A stretch of 64,000 bases of DNA from Pelomyxa schiedti (GCA_020536535.1 JAHLWZ010000346.1:1-64000); one strand, 5' to 3'; counted from the stretch's first letter, positions 21,565 through 35,400 are shown. Notes: a model not told the origin generated them from the letters alone. Made by a program: numbers and translations.

Positions 21565-24500
21565 ATGCCCTTAGTTCATCGAAGAGGTTCAGAAAGTATG
21601 GGAGTCAGGAATGGGAGTTCACTGTGACGATATTGTTGACAGCTGATTGAACAGCCATCAGTCGGGAATCACTCACTTGGAAGATGTCTGATGAGTTTGT
21701 TTCGTTTTTGAAACGGCACGGTGCTGCTGTCCGTTTTACGGTAATGGCCGTAGCTCTGAGACAAGAAGAAAAAAAAGAAAGAAAGAAATGACTTGCCGTA
21801 CGATGATGGCCGCAAGTGATCCAATTGGTTCTGGAATTGATCCCGACATCACACATCACCTGGGTCAGTATGATTGTCACGCCAGCACACTCATTTTTTT
21901 TTTTTTTTGAAAAACCCTTTGCACTGCTGTTGGTGGGAGATCTCTCACGTATTTTTCAAGAGGTTCTGGAGTTGTTAACCAAGCAGTACCCAAGCATACA
22001 TGCTGCATCTAACGAGATAGTGAAACTGAGATCCATTTTGACTTTGCCAAAAGGCACAGAGTACTGTGAGTTTCCTCCACTTTACCTTTATGGCCTAACT
22101 GTGTTTCTCATTACGAGCGTTCAGTCATGTCAGGTATTCGCTTTACTTTATTCCCCCGTTATACATGGTACATGGTTCAAGCTTCTCCTTCGAAGATATA
22201 CATGGTGAATACGAGGCTTTTTGCCACTTCATGAGGAACGGCAGTGGGATCATTAGGGAGAAAATCGAAGACCTCTTTGTAACTGAGCTGAGTGAGGAAG
22301 ACCGTAAACATCTCGCGTTCATAGTCTATTACCCAGGCGAGTTCAATAGACAACTATTCTGATCTAATCGACATGTCAGAGCACAAGCTGCCTGAACTTC
22401 TTAGGGCATCCACAAATCCTTCTCTCTTCTTGAAGACTGTCCTTGCAAATTTAATTAAATTGACTCGCTATGTGGGACTCAAATACAGCCAGTCAAAGGT
22501 TTTCAAGTTTTCTTTCTGGGAGATCTAAGAACAAAACTCAGATGAGAAAATCGGTATCCCCGCATCACCGTGACCTTATTTTAGAGTTACTCTCTGAGAG
22601 GGAAAGTACGGAAGCCAGACAACCCTATTTTGAAGGCACTCTTGAAATAGTAGTAGTATTATCCAATAACAGTTAGATTAGCTCTTCTTGAAAACATTGT
22701 TGAGCTTGGAGAAGCAACTTCACTTATTACATCTCTGGCAGAAACAATCCGAACCCTTGCCGTTGATCACTTGCACATACTTGGTGATGTAATTCTTCCG
22801 TTTTTGCTCATTTTATAGCCTACCTATCAAATAGATATTCGACCGTGGCCCAGGGGCTCACATAATCTTGGATAGTTTGATGCGACAAAATAAGGACCAA
22901 CTAGATATTGTTTGGGGGTACCAAGTGTATGTGTCTCCATTAGGTTTAATGCGTGTTCAGAAACCATGAAATGATGTGGCTTGGCGCTGCTGCTGGCAGT
23001 GCAGCACTTGTATGCCATGTACTACGTGTGTCTCTTGCATATGGAAATTTGGAAACACTTGAGGTGCCTACGTCCGCCATGAGGTCCTCGATTTCCCTTA
23101 CATTCATTATTGAAAGAGTGCGTACGGAATTGACTTATTACCACTTGCAACATTTGCTATGGAGACTTATGCTGATGACCCATGTGAAAAGTTCTTTCTA
23201 CTCTGTGAGACATAACAGTGTAACGCATAAAAAGATTCATGCCAAAGATAAGTGAAGTGCTTCCTGCTGACCAACCTTATATCCCTTCAAGTAAAGTACC
23301 AACAATTGGTGAAAAAAGACTGCTCGCAAAAATGCATAAGGTAGGAACTTCACATTTTCAATAACGAGTTTATTCTTTTTAGGCGGTAGCAATACTCCAA
23401 TTCAAACTGGAGGGCCAGGTATTTTCTTTACCGAATTAAATCGGTTGTAATGCCGGCAAGTTGATACACAGGAGGCCCGAATTTGACATGGGAAATCGTC
23501 TACTTCTAGATAAGGTAGATCCCGCCACAGGCACAATCCAAATTGCTGGAAATCAGTACCATCTTATCGATACTTTATTCCCAACTGTGTCTCTAAATTC
23601 AACTTCGTCAAGGTATTTGTTAAACTGCATCTCATAATTAACATCTGCACTTTATTTTCGCAGCCCTTGTACGTGTGTTTGGTGCTCTAGCAGTGACAGG
23701 GAGTCCGTGACACTACAAGGTACACCCGTGTGTCCAAGAACTCCTCTTCCATCAGCATACAGTCTCACTCCATCGGAGTCACTGCTCGTTGATAAGTAAT
23801 TATGCAAGTGCATTGACATTTTCTAATTGCACTCAGACTTGTTGGGTCCTTTCTTTCAAGCTCGAAATTGCAACAACATGCCCGATTTCTGTTTTGTCGC
23901 GGCTCTATGTATCTTAAGTATAATGGAAATTTATTATTCCATGGCGGCATACCTCTCAATTCTGATGGAGCCTTACAAGTATTCTGGAAAAGGTTATTAT
24001 TTTTTCACTTTAATTCTTCACCAGAAACTTCATATCGAGGGCCAAGTGTATGAAGGGAAAGAACTTATGGACAAATTAGAACGAACAGTGAGGGCTGGCT
24101 ATTTTCTTCCTGTAATGTATTCGCCACTCTTCAACCTACTGACTACACTAGACTGGACACCCACAAAAATCATTTGGACAAGGTTGTTTCTTTCTTTCTT
24201 TTTCCCTCTGTTTTTACATTCTTAGATACTATGTGGTATTTATGGGTTGGTGAGTTTTCCCCCCTTTATGGGAGGAAAAAAATGGCTACCTTCGAGAGGT
24301 TGTTTATTCGGGAAGAGGCCACTTGGGCGGTATAACCTATTTTTTCACTCTGTCTAACATGATTACAGGAGGGCCATACACCATATTATACATTTAGAGA
24401 CAAAATAACAGCTGTGGAATCCATCCTTCAAAATTTCGGGTTAGAGCCCAATAGTGGTCACATTATCAATGGTAAGCTAATAACCCATTTTTATGGTCAA

Positions 24501-24994
24501 CGTTTTCCTAGGGCATGTCCCTGTCAAGGTGACTAGAGGGGAATCACCAGTAAAAGCGAGTGGAAAACTTCTTGTGATAGATGGTGGTATGAGCAAAGCG
24601 TATCAAAAAGAGACTGGGATTGCCGGTATACAGACCTCGTTCTTTATAGTTCTAAATCACCTCAGGGTATACACTGGTTTACAACAGCTGGGGATTAATG
24701 CTCATTTCTCATCAACCCTTTGTCTCTGTCATGCGTGCTATTGAGAAAGAAATTGATATTGTCTCAGTTGCACGAGTTATTGAGCGGAACGAGGAACCAA
24801 GCCCAAGCAGCGTCTCTGAGGGGGTAGAATCTTCGTCTCTTCCCGGCGGTACCACTTCCGTTGTGAAACTAGCACCGCACAAGAGAATTCGGGTTGCTGA
24901 TACTGACCAAGGCAAAAAAGTAGCTGCCCAAATAAAGTACCTTCTGATGCTCCGTGCTGCCTACCAACATGGTTACTTGAAGGAACTGTCTTGA
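21565..24994 (+). CDS. fbp: Class III (Firmicutes-type) fructose-1,6-bisphosphatase, heavily intron-interrupted
   Basis: Spliced product reads LTLPKGTEY|F M S|DIHGEYEAF...[14 protein letters not shown]|IFDRGP, IVWG|[47 protein letters not shown]|HVPVK...[22 protein letters not shown]. These are the conserved blocks of the Bacillus/Clostridium Fbp family. Confidence 0.93.
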
Positions 24995-25145
24995 ACTCTG
25001 GCAAAAAAATAAGCAAGAATAATAAAAAAAAAACTTCTGATAGTATTATCCCAAAACCAATTGACTTCTATAGTCCAATTGTTGAGAGAAGATAAAGTAG
25101 GGTGGTGGTACAGTGTGGTGTGTTTGTTATGAAAGTCCCTAGGGA

Positions 25146-28100
25146 CTATTGCCAGATGAGAAGGGTGGTGGAGCCTTCACCAACAGAGGCCCATATTGTA
25201 ACTGGGTTGGTGCAAACCAGTCCAGCTGTTTCGGCCACCACAAAAGTGTGCAGTGGTCTGTTTCTGTGTGAATTGGGGTTTGTTGGAGTTGGCGTTGGTG
25301 TTTGTGTTGTTTGTGGTGATTGCAGTTGGTTCGTTGTGGTTGGTGCAGTAGAAGACAAATCCGGATGTGTAAGAACGGTTTCCGTGTTAGGTGGTTGTAC
25401 TGCCGGCCTGTTTGGGGTGAGAACTTGCAAGCACTTGGGATCCTTCCTGTTCCACACAAGGAGTTTTCCATCCTGCTGTAGTGCTATTACAAAGTCAGAC
25501 AGTGTGCGCACTGCCACAATGGAGTTGGTTTGTTGGGCTGGACCGGTTTTAATAGAACCCACAGAGCCTTGCGTCGTTGTACCACTGCTAATCACCGCTG
25601 TCGGGGTGTGGGGTTCTCCCAGCCTTTCAAAGCATTGAACAGCCACACCAGTGTTGATATCCAGCGAAATGAGAGAAGAGCCCTGAGCAACTAGAATAAA
25701 AGATTCTGACCACACATTGGCCATGCTAGTGACAGATTCACTTTGCAGGCGAATGACCCGTACCAGAGTGAGGTTATGTGCATCAAACACGATTATAAGG
25801 CCCGAACTAGTGCCTATCCACAATTCATTACAGTGTTGGGTTGCGCACGTAGCGATTCCATCAATCTGTGTTTTGATAGTGTCCTTTGAAGCGGAATCAC
25901 CAGACAGGAGAACAGCATGTGAGGTTGAAGATGTTACTGAAACCACAAGGGCCTTGGCATCTGTTGAGTTTTCAATGTGTACTGGCATTATGATTTGTAT
26001 GCGTGAAGATACCTTCTTTTTTTTTTCTGTAAGTTTACAAATAGATGAAATTAGGACACACAGTTCCGAGGAAACTGCAATCCCTCTTTGAAATTGTGTG
26101 TGAAAGGATATCAACGTCGTACAACTCGGAATTTTCAGACGAGCACAGGACAGAATGGCCCACCATCGTCATGCAGAAAATTGGTGTTTTATGTATAGTC
26201 ACAGAACAAGAGAAATCACTTGTATCTCGATAGATCAATATTTCTCCAGTACTGAGACCAACCCATATTTCACCTGTTCCGACTGATGCTATGCTACAAA
26301 CCTTTTTTTTGTGTTTAGCTGGAAGGAAGTACTTGAGGAAAATTTTTCACCATTTGTTCAACTGGTAACGTAGAGGAACTGAGACCAGAAAGAATGTCCA
26401 CTGAGATCTTTCTTTGAGTGCCTATTGGTTTGTTATTTGATTCATTGAAAATGTTAAGGAGGAAACCTATGAAATGGTGAATTTTAGGTGAACTGGATGT
26501 CCTCGTGATAGTGTTTGGGGAGGAAGATTTCAGCTCTCCATCATCCATTTCAAATGGAAGTGCTTCCTCTGTGGCCAGTGGACTGCTGCCTTGAACAGAC
26601 ATGCTAGACTCTGAAACGGGGGACACTTCTGCACTCGGAGTGGCGTTGCTAGGCATTTGAGGTGACGGTCTTCTCCTAGCGGCTTGCCTTGACATAGAAA
26701 ATAAGAAGGCAATTGAGAAAATGGGAAAACCATGACTTGCTTGGCACAGTGGGTGTTGGGACTGAAGTTCCACTTCTTGTGTAATTTTTCCAAAAGTAAA
26801 ATTGATACTTCTTACTTGTCACGGAGGCTGGAGGATTCTGGATCTGGTGAAACCACATTCAGGTCAGATGGGTCCATGGTTTCAATGTAAAGACAGGCCG
26901 AAACTAGGTGTGTGTAAAAACAAAATCCTTCACCGATGCGCTCTTCCATGTCAGCAAACCTACTTACAAACGTGACAATTAGTTAGGGAGCAACTCTTAA
27001 GATGGTAGGTGACGGTTTGTTTTGGATATGATGTATTTGAAATAACTCGTGAGAGATTGGCTTGAATGACAATATAGATAAAGAGCGGTAAAAAGTCGTC
27101 AGCACCAGCTGAACTTCCAGAGGTCTGCAAGGCATCTATTTGAGTGACAGTAATGCCAAGTGAGATGCTCATCGCTTAAGAAAGTAGGAAATGACAGTAC
27201 ATATAACAACTTTGCATGCTTTTAAAATACATGCTATTTTCTCGTAAGGTGTATAAACCTTGTCCATAGCTTCCAGCTCTGGAAGTGATTGAGTGCATAT
27301 CATTTTTAAGGGAGATACCTTCAATAGACGAGCGAATCAAGCTTGCATCTATTGGAATTTTAATTTCCATTGTGCTAAGAGTCACAACTGGCTTCAGTCT
27401 TGCAACTTGTTGTTGGAATTTGTTGTCCTTTTCTTGAAAAGCTCTTTTGAAAAAAATACTTGGTAAAGTGAGGAGACAGCCGATTCAAATGGAGGTGAAA
27501 ACCAGTTATATAAGTGGCCAAAGACATATCGCTTCATGCTTGCCTTGGCTTTTACAAATTCGTTTGATGGCATAGTGCACCAGGGAGGCTTAATTTTCAT
27601 CGTATATTCAGCAGATGCCAAGAAGTCATTGAGTATTTTAGATTCATCATCCAACGGAAGCCTTTTAGTGCGTTTCTCAAATGTGCGAATGAACCTTTGT
27701 GTTATCAGAAAAGGTACATTATTTGAAGTGGTACATTTCAACAACAGCTTTTATCTCTTTGCACAACGGTGTTGTTAATATATGTGAAAATGAGTACTCG
27801 GGTAGCTCGTCAGTATTAGTCCAATATATTTCCTAAGTCTGTAAGAAATTGCTGGATTTTAATGAAATGCACCACCTACCTTATTTTTTGAAGGTTTCAC
27901 TTTTGACTTGTCATCTGGAATCTTCCTCTTTTTGGCTTTTGTAGACTTGTCATCCTGCTTTTGATATGATTAAAGATGACACTACCTGCGCATATTACTT
28001 TCTTATGCTTTGATTCTCTATCCCTGGTCTTTCCGTCAGCTCCTTCTTTCAATATTGATGGTATTGGAGGAGGATTTTTTGGAGGGGGAGGTATGATCAT

Positions 28101-29093
28101 GTTGGTTGTTTCAGTTTGTGCCCTCTTTGAGGGAGGTGCAGTCGGAGGTGATCCAGTACGAATCGGTGAGGGTACTGGAGGGGGTTCTGAGGGAGGGAGC
28201 ATGAGCTGAAATATTTGTGAATGTCCACTTGCCGGTATTTCCATAGAGGAAACGGATGTTTTGAGGGGCTCCTCAAACGGTACCTTGCTACGAGGGAGCA
28301 GTGGTGGCGGGGTGACAATAGATGGAGGTATTGGTGGAGGAGTAGACGGTGGTGGCATTAGGGATACAATTGCCGTTGGAGATTTTGGTGAACTACCAGG
28401 AGGGACAGATGGGGACATAGAAAGGTTTTTTGACCCAATATCCTGTGATACTGTAGGTTCAGGATCAGAGAGATCACCCCTGGAATGGACAAGCAGTAAC
28501 CGCCGTTCTTGTGATGTTGTTCGTGATAACTTTGGGGATGCAGTAATGAAGACACTCTAAGAACCGATGGATAAGTTAATTTTTTGTTGTTTAATGGAGG
28601 TATACCCGTCTATTGTTTGAATCCGGTCTAGGGCAACTAGTATCCACAAATTGGGGTGAAGAACAAGGTGCCTGATACCTTGCAAGGAGTAAGTACCCAA
28701 ACAGAGGTCCGAAAGAAAAAAAAAAAGAAGGTGACATACACTAGGCTCTGTGCGCGCTCAGCAGAATACATTGCCACAAAAGTCAACTTAGCGTTGTTTC
28801 TCACCAGTACCACAGGTCCAGCATGTGGTTGCCTATATGCACTGCCACAAAGTCTCTCCATCAAGTTGACCCACAAACGAGAATCCTCACCAACTGCCTT
28901 TATCCTCCTACATGTGCTGCACACAGCCAACAAATCTGATCCACCAATAAATAGGGATTTCAAGGCAAGGGGAAACAAAAAATTTTGCACCAATTGAAAA
29001 CAAGCAATATAAAACAACACAAGCAGTGGCCTTACCTCGAAGAGGAAGATACAAAAAGCACCTCACGAGCAAATCCGAAGACAATTTTTCCAT
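25146..29093 (-). CDS. F-box / Pro-rich / VPS9 (Rab5-family GEF) / C-terminal WD40-like beta-propeller protein
   Basis: N-terminal MEKLSSDLLVRCFLYLP..LLAVCSTCRRIKAVGEDSRLW (F-box), a PxxP-rich ORF at 27897-28418, the VPS9 signature GADDFLPLFIYIVIQAN, and propeller-like repeats GEIWVGLSTGEILIY and ELWIGTSSGLIIVFD. Confidence 0.75.
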
Positions 29094-29429
29094 AAGGACA
29101 GAGATCTCGTATCCTCAATGGTTTTCTCACGCCGTAAATGAAAAATACGCTCACAGCGTACGTGCCCCGGTACTGCCCGCGTATCTGAGTTTTTGTAATA
29201 GTGCTGCTTCTTGATTTCTGATTGTTTTCTTCTTCTGTTTTTTGGATCCCTGATGTTTTCTTCTTCTTTCGCTCGACAACGAAAATTCGGTGACAACACC
29301 CAAAAAAAGACAACGAGACGAAATTAAAGATACCGAAGCTACAATATTTTTTTTCACAGGGTTATAGCAAGTGATACAAACAACATAGTGGTGTTGCACT
29401 CTGGGAAGCCAGTCAATGTCATGAGCTCA

Positions 29430-32400
29430 TCAGGCACTCGTGGGCTTCGCGGAGGTGCCCTGATGCAATAAATCATCAAGCGAGACTGACAGAGCTACGC
29501 CGAGGGCAGAGAACGTGTGTGGGGATATTGACTTGGTGGCCAGTTGGTTCTGCAGCCGCGCGGAAAGCAGGCCCAAGAGGTACGAGTGCGTGGATAGCGG
29601 AATGGACGACGTGAGTGATTTCAGGAGCAGCGCGATTGCGGACGACGGTATGAGGTCGATGGAAGAAGCGCGAGTGAGTAGATAGTGTAAGACCGCGTGC
29701 TTGCCGCTTTCGTCGATGTTGAGTACGAGGTGAGACAGGAGGCTGTGGAGAAGTGGCTCCGTGCCTTGGAGCGAAGGAGCTTGCTGGTTGAGGATTGCTT
29801 CTGTTGTGTAGAGGCACACATCTGCGGAAAAGCCTGGTTGGCCTGTTGACAAGGACTTAACCATGTCAACCCATGCCTCAAGGGATTTATTCCTGAAGGG
29901 GCCTGGTGAAGATGCGATCGGGCATAGAGATTTACAAATGTTGAGTACTACTGTGCAATACTTTTCTTCGTTGTTCCCATAAGCGGACTTTAATATTTGC
30001 CCAGTGGATTTTAGCATTGTGGGAAAATGACTGCTTCCTGAATGGAAGGTATCACTAAGGGTGATAATTAATTCGGATTCCAGGAGTGGGGTGTAGCACT
30101 GGGGATATAGAGGAAGAAGCCTTTCTAGCATCAATAGTGCGCTTTCCTGAGAAATCAAATCCTTCCCTGCAAGGTCGCTAAGTAGTTCTTGGGTGATAAA
30201 CCTTTCTACTTCTTCGGCAGATAGCATGTGGCAGCGCACACAAGCAGCTGCAGCACGTGTCATAGGTCTCCCACTGTGATGCATTTCAATAACGTGTTGT
30301 CTTAGTTTTTGGAGAGTAAGCTTCCCGATTGAATTGTGGGGAAGCTGTAATAACTCTAGCATGAGCATCAAGGCCTGTGATTGTCGTTGGTCATCGAAAA
30401 TATTCAGACCAGTTTCAAGAGATATGGTAAGAGCACTACCCTTGGATGTGAATGGGGTGATGTACCCCAATAGAGCACAAAAGAGTTTTATCTCAAGTTG
30501 TTTGTTGACTAATGAACCACATTCATGTATAATTTCCGAAAGTGGGCCAAGAGGCTCGTTTAAAAGCGTATCAACAACTTGGTTGAGAAGAACTGAATTC
30601 ATTTGTGATTTGCTTCCTTTCACCACACTTGCAAGGGTACGAGAAAGGTGGGATCTTATGCTACTTGTTGTAGTGGTCTTGAACATATTGCGCAGTTTAC
30701 AAAGAATGTATTCGAGGACAGGGAGAGCACAGACCTCAGACACTTGTTGCAGCGCCCATTGAGCGAGACTCACATCTGGTGACTGTTTCTTGTGAGGAGT
30801 ACTCCAAATTCCAGTGCCTGGTATAAAAGAGAAAATCCAATGAAGAAAACGGACTGTCTCTGTTTTCCGCAAAGATTCGTCCGTTTGGAGAAATTTGAGA
30901 AGGGTTTTAGTGGTTTCCTTCGTTCCTGTAGGACCCATATTTCGTTCTCCAATGAGAAAGTGCAACGCACTAGTTCGTTCTTTATGAGACAAATCCAACT
31001 TCCTGTAAGCCTTGATTCCTGCCGAGAAAATAATGGCAGATGAAGAGCTCAAGGCATGTCTGTGCTCTTCCTTTGTAAGTGCGTTGGTAGATACGAGAAG
31101 TAGGATGGCCTGGGCAAGGAAATTTTCATTATTCAAGTCACAGTCATGAAGGGAGGTGTGCAGGGTCTTGGATATTTCCTCTTTGACAAGTGCCGGTTGC
31201 TGCTTCAGAATCTTTCGTGCCGTTGAGCCTTTACAAAGTCCACTGAAAAGGAGATCTTTAAAAATAGAACCCGTAATCAAGCTGGGATGTCCCCTCAAAA
31301 CGTTCATTAAAGTAAAACCAATTTCCTTCTGGTATGAATTGCCGGCTATTTGTTGTAGTAATTCTTTTTGCAACAGCGCACTGGCCATGGTGTGCAACGT
31401 TTTATATTTGAAGACTATTTCATCCAAATCCTTGTATGAAAGATGGCTGAACTGAAAAGTCTGTAGAACCGGCAAAAAGGACTGGTTTATGAGGTTACGG
31501 AAATCACCGTTGTTGCCATCAGAAAATAAAGATGTCAACATCTCTGTGTAGCGCTGCAGCCAAAACCCTACTGAGTTGAACTGGTAATGGTGCACTAATA
31601 TGGGGTTCAAAGCGGGAATAGAGCATTTGCTCAAATTTAGTGCATCACATTTGGAGATAAGAAATTTTTGAATTTTCGGGAAACCAGACCCACCAAGGGG
31701 AGCTTCCAAAATGAGTGTGCTTAGCTGGCAACAATTCTTAATCTCCAGTGCCATCAAATTGTCTCCAAGTGACAAAGAGAGTTCCCCAAGGCCCTGACAG
31801 TTGTTTACAAATAAAACTTGCAGGTGAGGCACTTGTGCCTGGAAATAGAGCATATCGCACCGATCTAAGCACAACGTATGCAAGTTACTGAACTTCAAAT
31901 CGAGGGCATGAATCTCACAGGAATATAGCCCTAGAGTAAGTAAATTTCCAGAGGATCTTTCTAGAAGATGTTCAAACAGGACACCGGAGGACTCCATTAC
32001 TCCATGCAAGGCAAGAGCAGAGAATGTATCTTTACTCTTAATGCATTCCTCAAAAACATCCTCCCCAAACTTCCCTAGTTGGGAAAAATTGAGGTGGGAG
32101 ATTACTTCTTGCCGGAGGGAGGAAGAAGCCCCAGTGAAAGAGTTTAGTTGCTTGTCTTGTTGCACTGTCGTAAGAATGTTTAGAAATTGCTGATATACCG
32201 GCCTATAGTTTGATATGATGCCATATAAGTAGTTAACATTGTTTGACTGGGTGCCAGAGCGGGATTCTGCCGCCATAGGAAGGAGACAAGAGCCGTGCTT
32301 TACATCAGGAAAAAATCCAGACCCAACAGATTTGAGTAATTCTTCATGTGTCCACTGTTTTGCAATTGGCAAATTCAAAAAATGTTGAAGGATAAGAAAT

Positions 32401-35400
32401 CTCTCCAGCAGTTGGATGACATCGGTCTGCAAGTCAGGTTCCCTGGTGAAGTGACCACCAACCAGCTGCTGAATATGTTGGACGTTTATCTGAACGGTTT
32501 TCAGCCAAGAAGAGAGTGTAAGATGTGGGTCTAACTCCAAGAAGGCGGTAACAGCGTGAAAATCGATTTTTTCCTTCATTTGCGGCATTTTTAGCAGAAC
32601 GCTGCTAATAGTGGAGCTTTCTTCATTGATGCCAGTACTATCAACAACGGGGAGCCAGCCATTCCCCGTGATAATATTGTCAAACGTATCACTCAGGGGG
32701 TGGAGTAGAAAGGATTCAATAACCCGCCACGTGAAGGTTTTTGGAGTTAAATCAGACTGATCAAGAGCCATTATCATTAAGGCGAGATAGGGGTCATTCG
32801 GCTTGTTGGGGTGAGTGATTTTCGTGAGAGTGCTTACTTGGGGATCACCACTAAGAAGGCACCGCAAGTCATCAAAATAGTAACGCCTGAATAGTTGGTT
32901 GGGAGGAGTAACACAGTAGGCTGCCACTTTGTTATTGTCCCGTAAAATTCTGCATGGAGTGTTTGAGGGTTTAAGAGACCCGTCTGCGTTAAATAAAACG
33001 GAGGCACAATCTTGCTTCAAGGGTGCAAGAACCAGTCGGCTCGAGTCATCTAACCACGAAATGCTAATACTTCCAAACTGAAGAGGAGACAGAGCACAAA
33101 ACGAATGGAGCTGGTTCTGCCACTGGGTGCGTATTGTTGTAGAAGGAATATGCTGTCCGCTTGAGCTGATAGGAATACTTTCAAGCCAGTAACGAATTTC
33201 AGGAGAACGTGATTGATGCAAAAACTCCTCTACGAGAATATTCCTATACCTCCAATCGAGCTTCCAGTAGAAGGTTTCGCAGAGAGAAGAACTGACTTCC
33301 TTAGTGGCAAATAGATCACACAAAGATGAAAAGGTCCTTTTTACCCACTCGTTGCTGGGAACAAATGAAGGTTCAGTAGAAACCAGCATAGAGTCGAGAA
33401 GAAGTTCAAGAGATAAGTAAGTGAGAGAAAGCCTACTAGAAAAGGGCACTCCAAGGGAAGAAACTTCAGGGTCAATTTGGTGAGCTTTTCTAAAGAAGAC
33501 CATTGCTTCATTTTTTCTTTGCGTGAAGTTGTAGCTGGACAGAGCTGTATTGAGGAATAATTCAGCATCAGGAAGATTTAGTTGGATTCCTAAGGCCATT
33601 TTATAGTGAAAAATGGCTTTTTCCCATTCAGAGGAAGAAAAGAAATTGTCTCCACGTGCTTTGAAGTATGAGTACATCTGAGCAGGAAGAATAGAGGTAG
33701 ATTGAAGCCCCTTCCCTTCATTGTCAACTTCTAAAAGGAGCTTCTCGATAGCTTGTGCAACTGCGCCAGTTTTATCCAGTTCCAATTGTTTACAACAGAC
33801 TTGGAACAGTTTAGAGAGGCTCGCTCGGTACCGAGCAGGATCCTTTGCAACCTGGAGCACAAAATGGAATTCATCCAAGGCTTGTAAAATAGGTAGTGGT
33901 GCACAGTCTTCTGTAAATTGGGCAGACCACTGCTTTGCTGTCGGGATACAAGTACTGCCATTGTCGCACACAGGAGTAGAGGTATTTGACTTGTAAAAAA
34001 TACAGAATTCAGGATATATTTGAGCATCTCCCAAACAGAACTCGTTGGAGGAAAAAGAGCTGTCGGGAACGAGCTTGGAAAAAGGCCCCCATGCAGAGTC
34101 GTACCCGGCAGGAATTTTATCATCCCATTTATGAGATTTCGTTTTGTCAACATAAACATTTCCCAGTACAACTCTGCAAAGAAGTACAGCTTTTAGAGCA
34201 TCGCAACTGCAATCATTCTGCAAACACTCGGGACACTGAACATATGTGGATACTTTGGAAAACGAGTCCGAACAGTAGATACCCTTGCCCAGGGCACCAT
34301 AACCAGTAAACCAGTTGTACTTGGAGAAATTCGCATTGAACCCCGTCTTGGTTATTTGTTTCATAGAGAGTTGGTTGGTACCATGTAGAAGCCAGCATTC
34401 ACCAATTTCTGCATTTAAAACTGGTAGTCCGTTTTCCAATGGGGCATGCCAACAAACGCCTGCAAGTGGTGTGGAAATGCCTCTCTCCTTCAGACTAGTT
34501 GCAATATTCCTTCGAGTTTCGTGGTATCTGGCCCAGAGGAGAGGATTATTGATAACTTTAATGTCATGGATGGTAACGCTTTCTGTCTTCCCTTGGTATT
34601 GAGGCGGACTCCATACTTCTTGATAGAGGAATTGAAGAAGTGATCCATGTTCTGCAGCTTTCTTCAATCTAGCAAACTCAAATGCACCAGATTGGAAAGT
34701 CTCAGTGTCACTGGTACTATGAATCAGTTGTACAAGAATTTCCCAGAGTTTGTCACTTTTCTTAACATTGCAAGTTGTGCCTGGGGGTGAAACCCAGTCA
34801 GGTTCCTCCATCCAATTTCCTTTCGGCAACGCGAGGCAGTCACAAGTATCAGCTTTTATCCACTGCTGAAGTGCATTCTCAATTGGTGGCTGATTTTCAA
34901 CTTTAATCTTGAATTCGGGATGGGGACCTGTTTAACGCAATAAGCAAAGGGGTGGGGGTTGTAGTCCCATACCAGCAACTGAACCGAAGCCACGTAGCTG
35001 CTCCAATGTGAAACCCCTCACCTCCAGTGGAGAAGAGTTCATGGCATCACACTTCAAGAAGTCTGTTCCACTTACAACAGCAGATTCCATACAAGCTCCT
35101 TTCAGGATTGCCAAATCCAAATGGGCTTCACATAGGTACGCACACTTAAAATCGGCTCCTTCACCACGTATATGAGACAAGTCAGCCTTCCACAGGTTAG
35201 AATAGTCGAAACTTGTGGAGTTCTTGATGATTGCCTCGGTGAATTTGGATTCTATCAGTGAGGCACCTGTGAAGTCGGTGTGGTCCAGAACAGCACGAGA
35301 CATGACAGTGCTGTCAAGACAGGAGTTGTTGAAATGTACCCCAAAAAGTTCAGCTTTTTCGAAAGAGCACCCACTTAGACAAACACCGGAGAAGTCGATA

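Noticed and set aside
21565-24994. Bacterial contamination or endosymbiont contig as the source of fbp and the flavodoxin
   Set aside because: Both are interrupted by many spliceosomal introns and are embedded among eukaryotic genes.
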